Of a DNA stretch of 64,000 nucleotides, positions 37,801 through 50,269 are shown piece after piece. The DNA comes from Raillietiella orientalis (taxonomy: Eukaryota): contig JAYWIR010000006.1 of NCBI GenBank assembly GCA_036172245.1, positions 3,410,001 through 3,474,000 of the forward strand. The letters are read 5' to 3'. The position numbers were made by a program, and so were the translations under genes. Below the pieces are notes generated by a model. The model saw nothing but the letters and a program-made list of their open reading frames with translations, was not told the origin of the DNA and searched no databases. Each line of letters begins with the position of its first letter. Position 1 is the first letter of the stretch.

Positions 37801-40800
37801 CGTGCTGACGCTTGGCTACCTCGACTTTCAATTGAGGCACAAAAGAAGATGCACCGTGACTTCCCCTTCGCGGAACCGTGGGCCAAGCCTCTTCCCCCCG
37901 TTGCGAGCGGAGCTTGCTGGCTCTACCTTCTGGATCGCTGATCGAAAGGAAACGAATCGGAGGACTTAGGGTGGCAGCGAAAAGCGGAGAGACGGAGGGA
38001 CCGCTGGCGAAATCCGGGAAAACTGCGAACGGCTGCCCGCGGTAACCGATGGCGCATCCCTCCTCAAGTGAGCCAACGGAATGGAATCGAACTCCTGACT
38101 TCGGGTTTCTCTGGATCTCGGGATGCGGTGTGCCAGAGCTGGCACACTCGAGCGCGCCAGTTCGCACCGCACACATTCGTCCGTGACGTAACGAATCGAT
38201 GATGCGAGCGAAACAGACGAGCTCGTTCCTTAGCATAGGATAATAAAGGGGGGTAATCGGGAACGTGACGGCATCTCTCCCGCCATCCTTACCCCATGTT
38301 TACGTACGATCTCCATATGTACGCGTTTCGAGTTGGGCACAGGTAGGGCGCGATCAATTCCTCCTCCGTGGACCAGCGGCTCGGCGGGTATGAGCGCAGA
38401 GAGGATGCTGCGCGCGGCACTGCTTACCGATGCCTTTCTCGCCGAAGGCGCATCGGAGCGGACGAGCGAGGATTCGGGTTACGTCATCAACTCATTCCGC
38501 ATCTCGTGGGAAGGAAACGCTCACACACGCACGCACGCACGCATGCACGCACAGACGCGACATCCCGGCGGGTTCGCAGGACTGGATCTGGATTCCGTGC
38601 GAGTGGGAGACGCCGCGACCCCTACGGTCGGGCTGCTTGGCAACGCCGGAGGGGACATATGCAGATTCGCGGCCCTACAACGCGCGGGTCGGGAGGACTA
38701 ATAAACTCCCCGGCGCACCCAGATGAAAAGCAACTCGCGGGTCGGAAGCAGGCAAAGACGGGACACGGCGCGAGCGAGCGAGAGTTGTCTCCGCAGTCAT
38801 ACATCATCAATAGGGGAGAAGTTCGGCCCCTCCTGAGGATGCCCCGCGACGCACGGCCAAACAGGAAGGTGGCTCTTCCTACAGCCGCGCGCCTGATTCT
38901 GGCGCATGCCTGCGGGCATTTTTCATTCCTCCTGCTGGAGTGCGTCGGGAGGGGTTTTCCCCCTTCCCAGGAGGGGCACAAGGAGGCTCTACGAAACATC
39001 TCGTTCGCTTCCTCGATCTCCTTGCGCCACAGTCTGGATCACTGGCGTCTTCTGAGGGTCCGAATTCCGTCTGAAGGAGCAACCTGAGGCTGCCATTTTC
39101 GCCTGGTGCGACCGCAGGGCGTTTGTCAAAGAGGCGAACGCCCACAAGTAGGAACCGAGGCCTCACATGATCCGAAGGCTTTCACTCTACCAAGTCTCCC
39201 GTTCGCTTTACGCCGCCGGACTTCGGGAAGCCATCGATGGGCTCGCGGAGCGCACCGTTCGCCAGGCGGCCGTTGAACAAGATACGCCGCTCCCGGCAGC
39301 CCCACGTTAGGGAACGGCCTCGGTGCTTCTCAGAAACTCCGAACGGGAGGAAGGGCTCCCGGACTCCCGGCTCCCCCTTCCCGCTTCCTCCTTCCTCTTC
39401 CAACCTGTTGCGCGCTCGGAGAAAGCAAGGAGAATCAGGCTCTTCCACGACCATTAAGGGACGCCCCTCGATTCCCGTGGCTGAAGGGGAGAGGGAAAGT
39501 GCGGAGGGGAGACGCGTGCCCCGTTACGAGGTCGCCAGCTATGAGGTCATCTGAATGTCCCCCGCAGGGAAGTGTCTTGCACAGGCGCATTTCCGCCTCT
39601 CGGTCCCATCCATTGTTAGCACGGGATGGGACGGTCCAGCTCCCCTCGATCTGCGCAGTTTCGCGTGTATCTGCTTACATGTTCACTGTACACTACTGGT
39701 TTGCGGAACTCCCGTCTCCGAGAAAGGACCGAAAGGCAACAACGAGGAGGAGTGTACGTTGTGCAGAAAAAACTCCTTGTTCACGGCCTCGGACAAGAGA
39801 GCCGACCTTTGAATGGAAAGAAAACCTCTGAAGGAAGACCGGAAAATGGTCCGTTGGAGACGTTTCAACTGCAGGAATATCCCGGTCGAGTTTTCCCTGC
39901 GTGATCGTCGGGAAGGGACGAACCCATCCCGAGCGCAGCCGATCTCTCTCAAGGGAGGAGGACGGTCAGCGAAACCTCCCTTTACCGCGAGTGTGGTTTC
40001 CCCGACCATCTCTCCACGTTTCGGCGCGGACTGTCTCGTGGTCCAGGAGCGCGTACCGAGACCTCTCGGAACCGTGGGAATGGCTGGCGCTTCCAGGATG
40101 GAGAGCGAGGTGTGTCGCGACTTCCGTTCTTGCAGATGGGAGGCGCCCCTCCACCCTCCGTGCTGGAAGCGGCCATCGGTGTGTCCTCCAAGGTCGGCTT
40201 TCAAGCCGGAGGCGCAGCAGCCGTGCTCGGGAAGGAGGTTGTCCGTGGCGACGGTGAGTGAGCAGTTCCTTCTTCCACGCGGGGCCGCGGGTATTCGCCG
40301 AGTTCCGCCGCAATTTTCGGGCGGCTCCGAGTCGGAAACGGAAAAAGAAAAAAAAAGGAGCGAATGGAATGGTGGGAAAGATCCTGACCGATCCATCCCC
40401 CCTAGGCCTCTCGAGGCACCAATCCCTACGATCCGCACCCGCCACCGGCCGGTGAGATCTTCGTTTCCTTCGGCAGCGTGAGCGGCTGGAGAACATCAGT
40501 TCCCTCCTTCCTGCGATCACCCACGCGCCCTCGGCTTTCGAAGGCGCCACGCAGGCACAAGAAGGAACTGGCCGATGCAATCCCTCGCGATTCGTCCTTC
40601 AAGGGAACCTGTTCTGGGGGAGAGCACCTCGCCCTTGCCGCAAGAGCAGAGGCGGGAGCAAAGCTACAAGCCCTGAGGGTCCTCCCGGCGGAGAGAAGGG
40701 GGACGAGACCTCCCGTGGAAAGGGCGGACGCGCCGCGACGAGGCCCCGAGAAGGGATCTTCGCTCCGCCAGTACCCCGCATCCCTCGAAGACGGGGATCG

Positions 40801-41158
40801 GGAAGGTCTAAGGGGGAATGGAAAAATTCCAGAGCTTCTAGAGAAGGGAGAGAAGGGACCGCCGGGAAACCTGCGCAGGCAGAAGCGAAGTTTCTCCGCT
40901 AGCCGTTGTCAAAGAATCCGAGGAAGCGGTTTCCGTGGCTACCACTGTTCGTTCCGAAGGCACCCATCATTTCGAGACCAAAAGGCGACCCTGCCAGCTC
41001 GCCTGCCACAGAGGGCACAGCCCCTCCCCCGCGCAAACGAAGAGCGCCCCAAAGGATTGGGGGTTGCCTCTAGGAGACACAACAGGCCGAAGATGCAGAG
41101 CGCACCCTTCATAGGGGGCGAGCTCCACGTCCGCTTGAGGGGTTCACGGAAGACTTAC

Positions 41159-41325
41159 TTTTGCTGCAGTCTCAGCAAGGATTCCAGTTCCTCGGTCTTG
41201 ACCTTGACTTCCAGCTCCAAGTCCCCTGCCTCCTTCTTCAGGGTGTCGGTGCGAGACTTGGCGACCATAGGCGCTATGTGATCCACGAGCAGCTCCGGAG
41301 GCAGCCGCGGGATGTGGACGTCCTC
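41159..41325 (-). CDS. Stacl: Stac-like F-BAR protein, 2nd exon in window (EDVHIPRLPPELLVDHIAPMVAKSRTDTLKKEAGDLELEVKVKTEELESLLRLQQ)
   Basis: Acceptor gtccttccag, donor gtaagt, 167 nt, phase 0 to 2, GC-rich third codon positions and a heptad pattern. Confidence 0.88.
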
Positions 41326-44300
41326 CTGGAAGGACACGGAGTGACTCCCTAGAAGGAGCGAGAAGTCGCAGGGAGGTTCCGTCCGAGGCCCGATCCCCTC
41401 CCTCCTCGGGTCCGTCCCGAGAGAAGCTCTCCGTCCATCTTGCGCGCGACCGCTCCGCAAGACGAGCCGCACCCTGAAGACCTCGAACGCTCCTCTTCCT
41501 CCTGCTGGGGGGTGGGAGCGAATCGCCTTCTTCCCGCGGTTTGTAAGGTCGGCCTCGGCGTGGTACCAGCCCCTCCGAGGAGGAGCGGTGGAGCGCTGCC
41601 CCCCAACGGCGCGTTTCCCTTCAGGGCAACGTGAGATCGTTCGAGGCGGGCCCCAAGATGGAGCGGCCCAGAGGGTCAATTCGGAGGTGGGACGGCGCGG
41701 CGACTTCTGGACGGAAGGACAAGAGGCCAGCGTGCCTACAGCAGTAGCAGCGCCGCCACGGATTCTCCCCTCCCGTCCGCGGTCCAGCTGCTGCTGCTGC
41801 TGCTGCTCGCTTGCCGCTTTCCAATCTCCATTGCGCGCGCCTGCGAGAGAAGACGAGGAGCGCGTGCGTCGAACGGCAGGGAGGAAGGGATGTGACGCGG
41901 GCGGAGGACGCCACCCCGCGGGATGAAGGGGAACTTGATGAGTGCGTCCACGGCGGGAAGAGAATCCTCCGATGAGAAGGGGAAGTGTTGGAAGGATGCT
42001 CTGGCTACGCGCGGGAAACGCTGAGACGTCGGCGGCACTTCCGGAAGGGCCAGAAGTCACGACTCGACCAAGATCCCAGCTCCCGCCGAGACTCCCTTGG
42101 AACCTCAGGCACGAGAGAAAGACTGCGGAGATGTCCACGAGGAGCAGCAACAGAGCACCTTCCCATCTCCGATGCATGTTCCCCCGAGGGGTCGCAGGGC
42201 GTGCGACGGCTCGGACGAGCTGACCGAGCGAAGGCACGTGCTTCTCGCGAAGACTGCAGCGGACGAACGGCGCGCACCGGGCGTTGTCTACGCGAAGAAG
42301 CGCCTTCCTGTAAGCGACGTCCCTCTGCGACCCCAAGGGCGCGAGCGCATGCTCAGAACAGGTCAACAGCACGTCCCAACCGGTACCGAGACGAGGCCCC
42401 CGACCCAGCAGTGCGAGAGCCAAAGGCGACGTGTTTCGTGGGTGGGGTGGGAGAAGCGGCTTCCTACGTTTCCGGCGTGCGCAGATCCGGGACGTCGGGC
42501 GTCCGCAGGAGCGTTCAGGGAGGGACTGGACGCCGAGTGTCCAAGGGGCAGGCGGACCACGAACGGACGAGGCAGTAGCGTCGAAGGCGCGCGCCAATGG
42601 TGGTCGAGGCAATGCTAGTTCCAGACAAAGGTGCGCTTGGGGACCCTCGTTACGCCTTAACACGGGGAGGAAGGAAATCACCTCCGACCCGCGCGCGATG
42701 GAACGCCTGATGCTGCTGGGGGACATGCGCTCTTGGCGCCATAGGAACCATAGACAATGTCGAGCTTGGAAAATATCTTGTGCCTTAGATTATCTTGAGC
42801 TCCTCCTCGATGCTAGTCTCCGTCGCCTCTGCTGCAGCCACGACAACGGCTTAACTTCCTCGGCGCCCCGTTTCGCCTCTTCGGAGCGTTCGGCGTAACG
42901 ATGGGACAAAAGCTGCGAAGGGATGGAGACGGTGCGCCGGAAATGCGCCGAGGGGCAGACAGCGTGCGGATTGGCGGCAGGGTGGGGATCCCGAGAAGTC
43001 TACGACCCGATGCCAGAAGCAGGGGGAGGCCCCCCGCGTGCAGGCGCAAAAGGGACGAGGGAGTGAAGGACCGGGAGCGCGCTCTGGGTGACACCTGTCT
43101 CATGGCAAACGACGGGCTTCAGCCGGGTCACCCGGCGACTTCGCTGAGGTCGTATGGTGCCACTTCTTAGCCTTAAAAGACAAGGTAGTGTGCTGACTGA
43201 AGAATGACGTCAAAGACTGTGCACAAACTGCCGGCGTTGTTCAGGGCGCCGTCAACAGCAGCCGCCGGCTGGTTCGAGCCCCAACTCTGCCTACACCCAA
43301 GAAGCGCACGCTGCGGCGGATCCATCGACGGGAATCCGGGAACCTGCGCGCACCGACTTGTGGCGCACCGCTCTTCCGGTACGCGCGCGCACAGTCGGGA
43401 TGAACGGGTGACATCGCGGAGATCCTGGAACCTTGAGGCGCGCGCGGAGGGCAAGTTGGAGGTCCTGCAGGCTATCGGACCTGCGTTCGAATGCGAGAGG
43501 CCCTCTTCGAGCTCGTGCATCTCTCCCCGAAGGCTGGGGAGGCGGAAGCCGAGGCGACGCCGCCCCGTAGCTATCTGGGATGCAGTCTCCGCAGCGGATG
43601 GGAATGCTTCGAGGTTTTCCCGTTGGCGTTTCCATGCCTCCCAGAGCTGTCGCGGGCATCGGGCGTGCGCCGATGAACCACCGGAAAGTTCCGTGTGCGG
43701 GATCCCGGACGCCTTGGCTGCGGAACTCCTCCGCGGGCGATCCGCGATCCTCGCAGGGGAGATCCGCGTTTTCCGCGCATGCGTCCTGGCTGAACTCCCA
43801 AGCGCGCCTGGTGTTTGTGAGGCACGTCTCGACGATGATCCTTAAATGATGGCGTGCTATTCATCATCGTCTGTACAAAAAAAGGAAACAAAACAGAGAA
43901 AGGGGGGAGACCCGAGCGAAAAGGCAGGCAGATCGCAACAGCGGCTCGCCTTCATTGCCGTTTTTTCTTTTTTTTCTATTTTCTATTAAAATTCAAACAC
44001 GTCGACTCGATTTTCCAGGGGTCGTTTATCAACGCGCTCCAGCCCGGGAGGGAGGGAGGGAGGGAGGAGGACGAGTTCACTCCCGATACGGCTGCCCACG
44101 GGTGACGCGGCGGCCCAGGGTCGTTCCTCCTGCTCTCGAGGGATCGAGCACAAGGCTACACGATGACTCCACCGAGGTGCGTGCGCTGGCTGCGGCCCTC
44201 GCGCGCAGGAGAGAGTTCTCCTTCCCCACGAGACTGGACCGACGGCGCCGAATCCACCTCCGGGGAGAATCTACGGGAGCCGGGGGGTCTGCAGGCGCGA

Positions 44301-44477
44301 GGAGAACCTCTCGTATTTTCAGGAGGTCCCCTTCAGAGGGAGCCTCCCTCTAGCAAGTGACCTCGCGCCTCTGGCATAGGGTTGCTGGGGGGTTCCCACG
44401 CATCTTCCCTGGCAACGGCCTTTGAGCTGACGCCAGGAAGCTGCACAGCTGTATTCTCTGAGTAGATGGCCGGACCG

Positions 44478-45110
44478 TTTGGGCAACCCCGTTGGGACCG
44501 CCCTACAAATCCAAGAAGGACTTTGGAGGAAGGAGTCCGTCCCTGTTACTCTTAGAAGGGAACCCTCTACCCTGGTTGCCTCCAAAGGGAACCCCGTAGG
44601 GAAAAACCTTTTCCTTATTCTTCCGAGAGTGAACCCCCGTTTTGTGGGGGTCACTCCTCGTTTCTTCTCCGGAGGGAATCCGAAAAGCATCCGCTCCTCC
44701 AATTTCTTCTCCGGAGGGAACTTCCCATTCTTTCTTCCTCTCCTAAAGAGAACCCCGAAGGGACGCTTCCCGATTTCTCTGAAGAGCGCTCTCCGAAGGG
44801 AACAGGCAACCCCGGTGGGGGGGGGGGTGTCAACCTGCTCCATAGTATGCGACAGCTTCCATTTTTCGCAGCCGGAGGGGCAGTCCCGAAGGGCTCCGAG
44901 CCCGGAGAAAGTCAACTTCCAATTCCAGAGGCCAGCCAATGGGGACACCCCGGATTCCACCAGTGCCGCACCCGAGTAGGCCATCCTGCGGGGGGATACG
45001 AAACTCACGACGCATTCCCCGTTCCCGGCGTCGATCGTCCACATGGGGATTCGAACCCGCAACTCTTGGCACCGTGCATGGAGACAGCAGCCATCACTGC
45101 CGACCAGGCC
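44478..45110 (-). mobile_element. SINE copy 8
   Basis: B-box ggttcgaatccc on the minus strand (~45047-45058), core cagtgccgcacccg, and gagaaccccgaagggacgcttcccgatttctc. Confidence 0.82.
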
Positions 45111-47099
45111 CTCGCATCTTCGCCCAGCCAGGAAATCCTCCACTTGTTCGACATGTCGGGTCGTGTCATCTGGAATTCGCTTCCGAGGTAACAGGAAAGA
45201 TGGCGAATTTTTTCCTCCTGGCTTCTTTCCCCGTTTCCGAGAGCTCTTGGATCTTCAAGTGTCCGCTCTCAAACTGCCTCTTGGGCTTCTGCCGGTTCTC
45301 TCAACGAACCTCGTGCTCTCTTCATTCGAAGCTTCATGGAGATGCTTGGCTAGTTGGGTTCCTTCAAGAGTCCGCGACCGCGTGTCTGGGAATCCGTTGA
45401 AGCTGTAGAAGAGGAGGAGCCCCTGACCATAAGGGATTCGGCAGGAAACCACTCTGGACGGAATGGAATTCTTCCTCTTGACCTTCCTTGACCATTACTG
45501 GTGGGTTTCTTCCTCTTGACCATTCTTGAAAATATCTGGCCGTGCACATCGAATTCGAAGACGTTACGTGGGATGAGTGATCTGACGTCACCGGCGAACT
45601 CCAGGGTTGCCCCTCACCACGGACGCACGAGCATCCGCGAAGAACCCGCCGGATCCTTCGATTCATATTTGTTCTTCGGAAGGAGGATAATTCTCAAAAA
45701 CAGCTGTTTCCATGGCATTCGCACAATTTCTTTTTTTTGTTTCCCCCCTCTCTCCAGGGTGACGGCTGGGATCAACTCGTCGCGTGATCAGACGAGTGCA
45801 CTCTTTCAGAGTGCACGCGAAGATTCCTCCCGAGGAAAAAAAAAAGAAGACGCGAAAAGACGCTGCAGCGCGGCAGCGCCTCACTCTCCGCGAAAAATCT
45901 TCCTCCTTCCGTTCACCCCGCGGTGGCGGCCCCTCACCCCGGTGTTGCTGCCCCTGTCCAAAAGGTGGGAGACGAAAACGGTGTCGCACGAGCGTGTGAA
46001 ACCGTGTTCGGCACCCGGATCCACGGATGCGGCGTGTCCAAGCGCTGGACGCGTGCTTCGTACCGACGGAAATCCGGAACAAGTTCGAGCTGGCGTCGAT
46101 GGGTGTACAGTTTGAGTGCAGTCTATTAATTACCCTGGCGCGTTGTACACGAACATTAGCTATTCATAGAGCGCGGTGCACTCGGGGGTGAATCGAGCCC
46201 TGCATCTCGAGGAGGCAGACAGGGGACCGTTGTGAGCAAACTGTCTGCCAATCAAAAGTGAATTGTGGACTTGCCATTACGTTCAAAGAAAAACATCTAT
46301 TCCGGCACCAAAGGGAGTCATCTGCATGTATTTTACATCTGTAATGAGTGAAGCGCCTCGGAAACGAACTCAAAACGCGATCCATCTCCTTGGAGAATGG
46401 ACCTTCGCCACTAATTTGGCATTCTCACCGTCCGCCTTCGAGCGCAGTCATTCGAGCTGAACGAACAGAAAGCAAAACAAAGGTGGCGTTTTCCATCCGG
46501 GAAGAAAGGAAAAAGAAAGGGATTGACTGATGATGTGGAATCCGAACGGCACTCGGTCTGCTGCGTTCCATCGGCCGAGGGAGGGGAATTTCTACTGATT
46601 CGTTCGGCTTCCCGGCTTAAGTGATATGCATCGTCTTGAGGAACCCACGATAGAGGAAGCTCTCGGGAGGAAACCGTTTGAACACGAAGTTTCCTGGAGA
46701 AAGGGAAGCGGCGAGTCCCCGCCAAACTTAGCACAAGCGATTAAAAGAGCAACTGAACTTGCAATGGGGGGGGGAGGCCCCGAAGACGTTGATTTGATTG
46801 CGACTCTGTCTCGGATCTCGAGGCCGAGAAGGAAGGGCAACCAAGGGGACAGTTCTCCCGCGCGGACAGGAACACGGGTGAGGAGGACTTGGGGAACGCG
46901 GCCATCATCGGACGGGAAAAAACGGATGCCTTGAGGAGCACGGGACAGCAAGAGGCACAGCAGTGTCGCCATGCTGGGATGGGCGTAGGAGTTTTCCTCA
47001 ATGGAAGGTTCGAGTTTTGGGGAGTGCACGTGTTCTGCAGAACAGATAACCGAAGGAGTCCAATGTCGGAAGGATAATGCAAATGTTAAAGAAAGAGAG

Positions 47100-47470
47100 A
47101 ATGGCCGTTTCCGAGGCCAAAGAAAACTTTCGCGGTGTTCGATAGCTCATTGGAAAACTTCTCAGGGACAGAATGTTCGTGAACTTGGAACTCGAGTGGG
47201 AAACTCCATGAACGAGATCAGGATCTCTCGACCACAGGGGATGCTCACCCGTTTGGCAAACCACTCTCTGTGGTCCTGAAAGGCACTCTTTGTTGTTGCT
47301 TTCGCTCTTGGGACTTTGGGAAGCGCCAGCCAGCCTCTGAGAGCCTCCCAGAAGGAAAGCTTGAAGAGGTTTCCCCGCTAACCTCACCACAGATGTCTAG
47401 CAGGGATTTGGACGCTGATCCTATGGGAGGATTTGGTTTTTCCAACTCCCTCAAGGCCTGTGGCTTGCCA
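47100..47470 (-). pseudogene. Possible decayed P-loop (NACHT/STAND-like) NTPase fragment
   Basis: Frame reads TGLEGVGKT (Walker A-like). About 75 codons later it reads GREILI and, after a frameshift, LVHGV (Walker B-like). Stops lie in between. Confidence 0.25.
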
Positions 47471-47494
47471 CGTGAAATAGCTGCAGGTTTTCAG

Positions 47495-48133
47495 GTGCGC
47501 ATAGAAGCAAGGAGGTTGGCTATAAGAAATATTTTTCCTCCCTGAAGCGAGGAAGCATCGCAAGGTGCCTTCTCGTTCTCAGAACAGAAGGGCTTTCTGT
47601 CCTGAACTTCCTCCTCCCCTCAGTTCTTTCATTTCCAGAAAACCATTCTCAACTAAGATGTAAGTGAACAATTTGGCTTCTTTATCGAGAATCATAGTCT
47701 CTTTCTGAATGACCTCTAATTCAACATATGTTTCTAAATGTACCAAGCGGAAAATACGGGCTGCCCTAAACCCAAAACGCTTCTGAAATATCCAATCCAT
47801 TGCACACCAATACAGCTGTTCTATTGCTTCTTTCCTAGGAATTGCATACTGACCACAACCTGCATCTCTGATTTGTCTCAGGAAGCTTGTTGAATCTTCT
47901 TCAGTAGAACGAATTAAATCTAAAAGTTCCTAGCTGATCACGCGCCCAGAACACGTAAGCACTCCTCCAGACTGAACGTGCTATTTCTATGGCCTTTTTT
48001 CTCCGATAAGCGCCTCAACTCTATCAAAGAACAGGGTCTCGGCAGCATTAACATCCAGTTGCTTCCGTATCTCATTACTGCAACAGAGTTTCGATGATTC
48101 CAGCAGCAGTAACATCAATTCTCCGGCATATGC
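47495..48133 (-). pseudogene. POLR3C: RNA polymerase III subunit RPC3 (RPC62/RPC82) pseudogene fragment
   Basis: ICRRIDVTAAGIIETLLQ...SFLRQIRDAGCGQYAI..EAIEQL..AMDWIFQKRFGFRAARIFRLVHLETYVELEVIQKETMILDKEAKLFTYILVENGFLEMKELR matches the recalled RPC62 segment (DSGGGMYVI..QERFGSRCARIFRLV..FAMIPAKEAK). It has several stops and frameshifts and no introns. Confidence 0.85.
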
Positions 48134-48744
48134 GGCATCTGCTGCTCTTGCCGTCCGGTGGCCTCGGGACTTTTTGCTTTCCTGCTAGCGGCAGGTCTGA
48201 GGTGCGCACCATCGGCAAACACGCCTGCGTTGCCGGCGCGGTGGACGCGTCCAAGTGTGCGCCCTTCTGCACCGCTGGGGTAATGGAAGAGGATAGCGGG
48301 GTGCAGGGGAGTCGCACGTACTCCTCATTTTCTCTCTCCTTTCTTTCTTTCGAGCCCCAGGAGTTTCGCAGCCACGCGCAAAATTCATGAGTCCAAGAAC
48401 AGGTCCTCCGAAGACCCTCTTGAACGCGAAATTGCATTCGGGAAAGGACGTTTCCCCGGGAGGCAGCTGCACCTTCGTGAACAGAACTCGCTGTGGCAAG
48501 GCCTCGTGCCAAGGAAGGAACGTTCCTCCATCCTCGCGGAAAAGGGCAAAAGCTGGGAGTGCCAGGAAAGCACTCGAGGCTCCAATACCCAGTGGGGAAT
48601 ACGAGAGAAGGGTTCTTGTATCCACGATTCCGGACCAGAAAGGCATTCCTTTTCCCCCTCTTCGTCTTGGCGGACCTCTTCGTTCGGCGTGGAAATTTCC
48701 AGACTCGGATTTCGAGGCAGCCATTTTCATGTTGGATGCTCCTT

Positions 48745-50269
48745 TTCGTAGAAGGTTTCATGAGAGCCCTTGATCCGCTACACAGAGCTGACCCCTTGCA
48801 TGTTTTGGTTTTCTTACTCTGTACTCGTGTGGTTTGACTTTTCTCTTTGGGGTTGAGGAGCCGCAGAGTAAAGGAACCCCCTCAGAAGGCTGAACGGAAA
48901 CTGCGTCTTTGACTGGGCCGTGCTGGAGGATGGGGGAGTACGGCACCATGGTAACTGGACCGACCGTGCGGTATCCCTCAACTCGCTTTTGAAGGGAAGT
49001 CCAGCCAGCAAGATGGCCAAGCGTCATCCGGATTGTAGTAATGGACCAACAGTAAAAAAGGTGCTGTTCGAGGTCAAAGTGCTTTCTTGCCGACTCAGCA
49101 GCTCTGTTTCGCCATCAGCACTGACAGAATACGGGGATGTGGGTTATGGTAGATTAAAATACTTCGACTAGAGTTTCCATGGAACTAGAGGCTTTCATTT
49201 CTTCCTAGCAGTTCGTACCGGCTTTGGGATGTTTTCTGGGAATCCCTTCGCTCGTCCATCACCGCCTGTCTCCCCGAAAGATGAGGTCCTGGTCAGGACT
49301 CTGTCGACGTTCTGCCTCTGCTTCATGGGAACCTCATTTTCGACATGCCTTCTGCACCCATTGCGTGCAAAAGAACGGCCTATTAGTTTTCTTTGCTCAT
49401 TCCATTGAAATTCTAAAAGTCTTCACTGAGATAATGGTGGTGATGACAATAGTGGCAGCAAGACTTCAACCACACTCCTTATATTAATAAGTCAAAGTTC
49501 CAGTCGGAGGTTCTTAGTTCTCAGCAAGGGAAGCATGCAAAATTTACCGACACTAATCACGAATAAATATGAACACAGGAAGAACACTCCGAGCTGGCGT
49601 TTATGAATTATTAAGGGAATACTTATAGAATTGCTGGAATAGATATTAATTTTTAAAATGGATGCTTTGTTTTTTCCTATTCTTTATTGGCTGCAAGAAT
49701 GAATACAACACTGATTAATTTATTTGTGCTTGCAATAGTTTTTTTTTGTGTGTGTGTTTCTTCCTACTTAACGCTTACATTTAGATGGAAAGCTGCGTTC
49801 ATTCGGAGATATTACAGCCATGCCTTTCTGCATTGTGTATGACCTGCAACCTAGCGTTCGCTCACGCAACTAGACTACTTCCTGAAACGAACGATAGATG
49901 TCCGCAGAGTAAGCTACAGAGGAAGGGTAGCGAAAAAACTTTAGTCTCGCAGAAAATCGCGCGCATGCTATTTATTTTTATTCTATTTTTGTGTACTCTA
50001 AATACCAGAAGAAATGTGAACCGCTAAAAAATTTTTTTACTATAGACAGTGACTGTTTAATAGGCAAATACTAATATTGCCAAGAGACTTCTAACATTTA
50101 AGCGATAAAAAATTGGCAAAAAAGAAAGAAAAATTACTCTTCCCCTTCTTTCCCCAAGGCAAAAACAAACCACATCTAACGGTCCAAAGTAAGACTTAAG
50201 GAAATCCTGAACGCGTAAGAGATCCGCTGCGTGTAGCGAATCAAGGACTCTCATGGAACCTTCCACGAA
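48745..50269. repeat. 53-bp imperfect inverted repeat pair about 1.4 kb apart
   Basis: 48745-48797 against the reverse complement of 50217-50269 matches at 44 of 53 positions by hand count. Confidence 0.75.

Noticed and set aside
41155..42726. 523-aa minus-strand ORF as a gene
   Set aside because: Only the last ~56 codons (41159-41325) have splice sites and protein-like sequence. The rest is Arg/Pro/Ala/Ser-rich, as expected from GC-rich non-coding DNA.
43200..43270. Short-chain dehydrogenase fragment (VDGALNNAG)
   Set aside because: No GxxxGxG or YxxxK motifs nearby.
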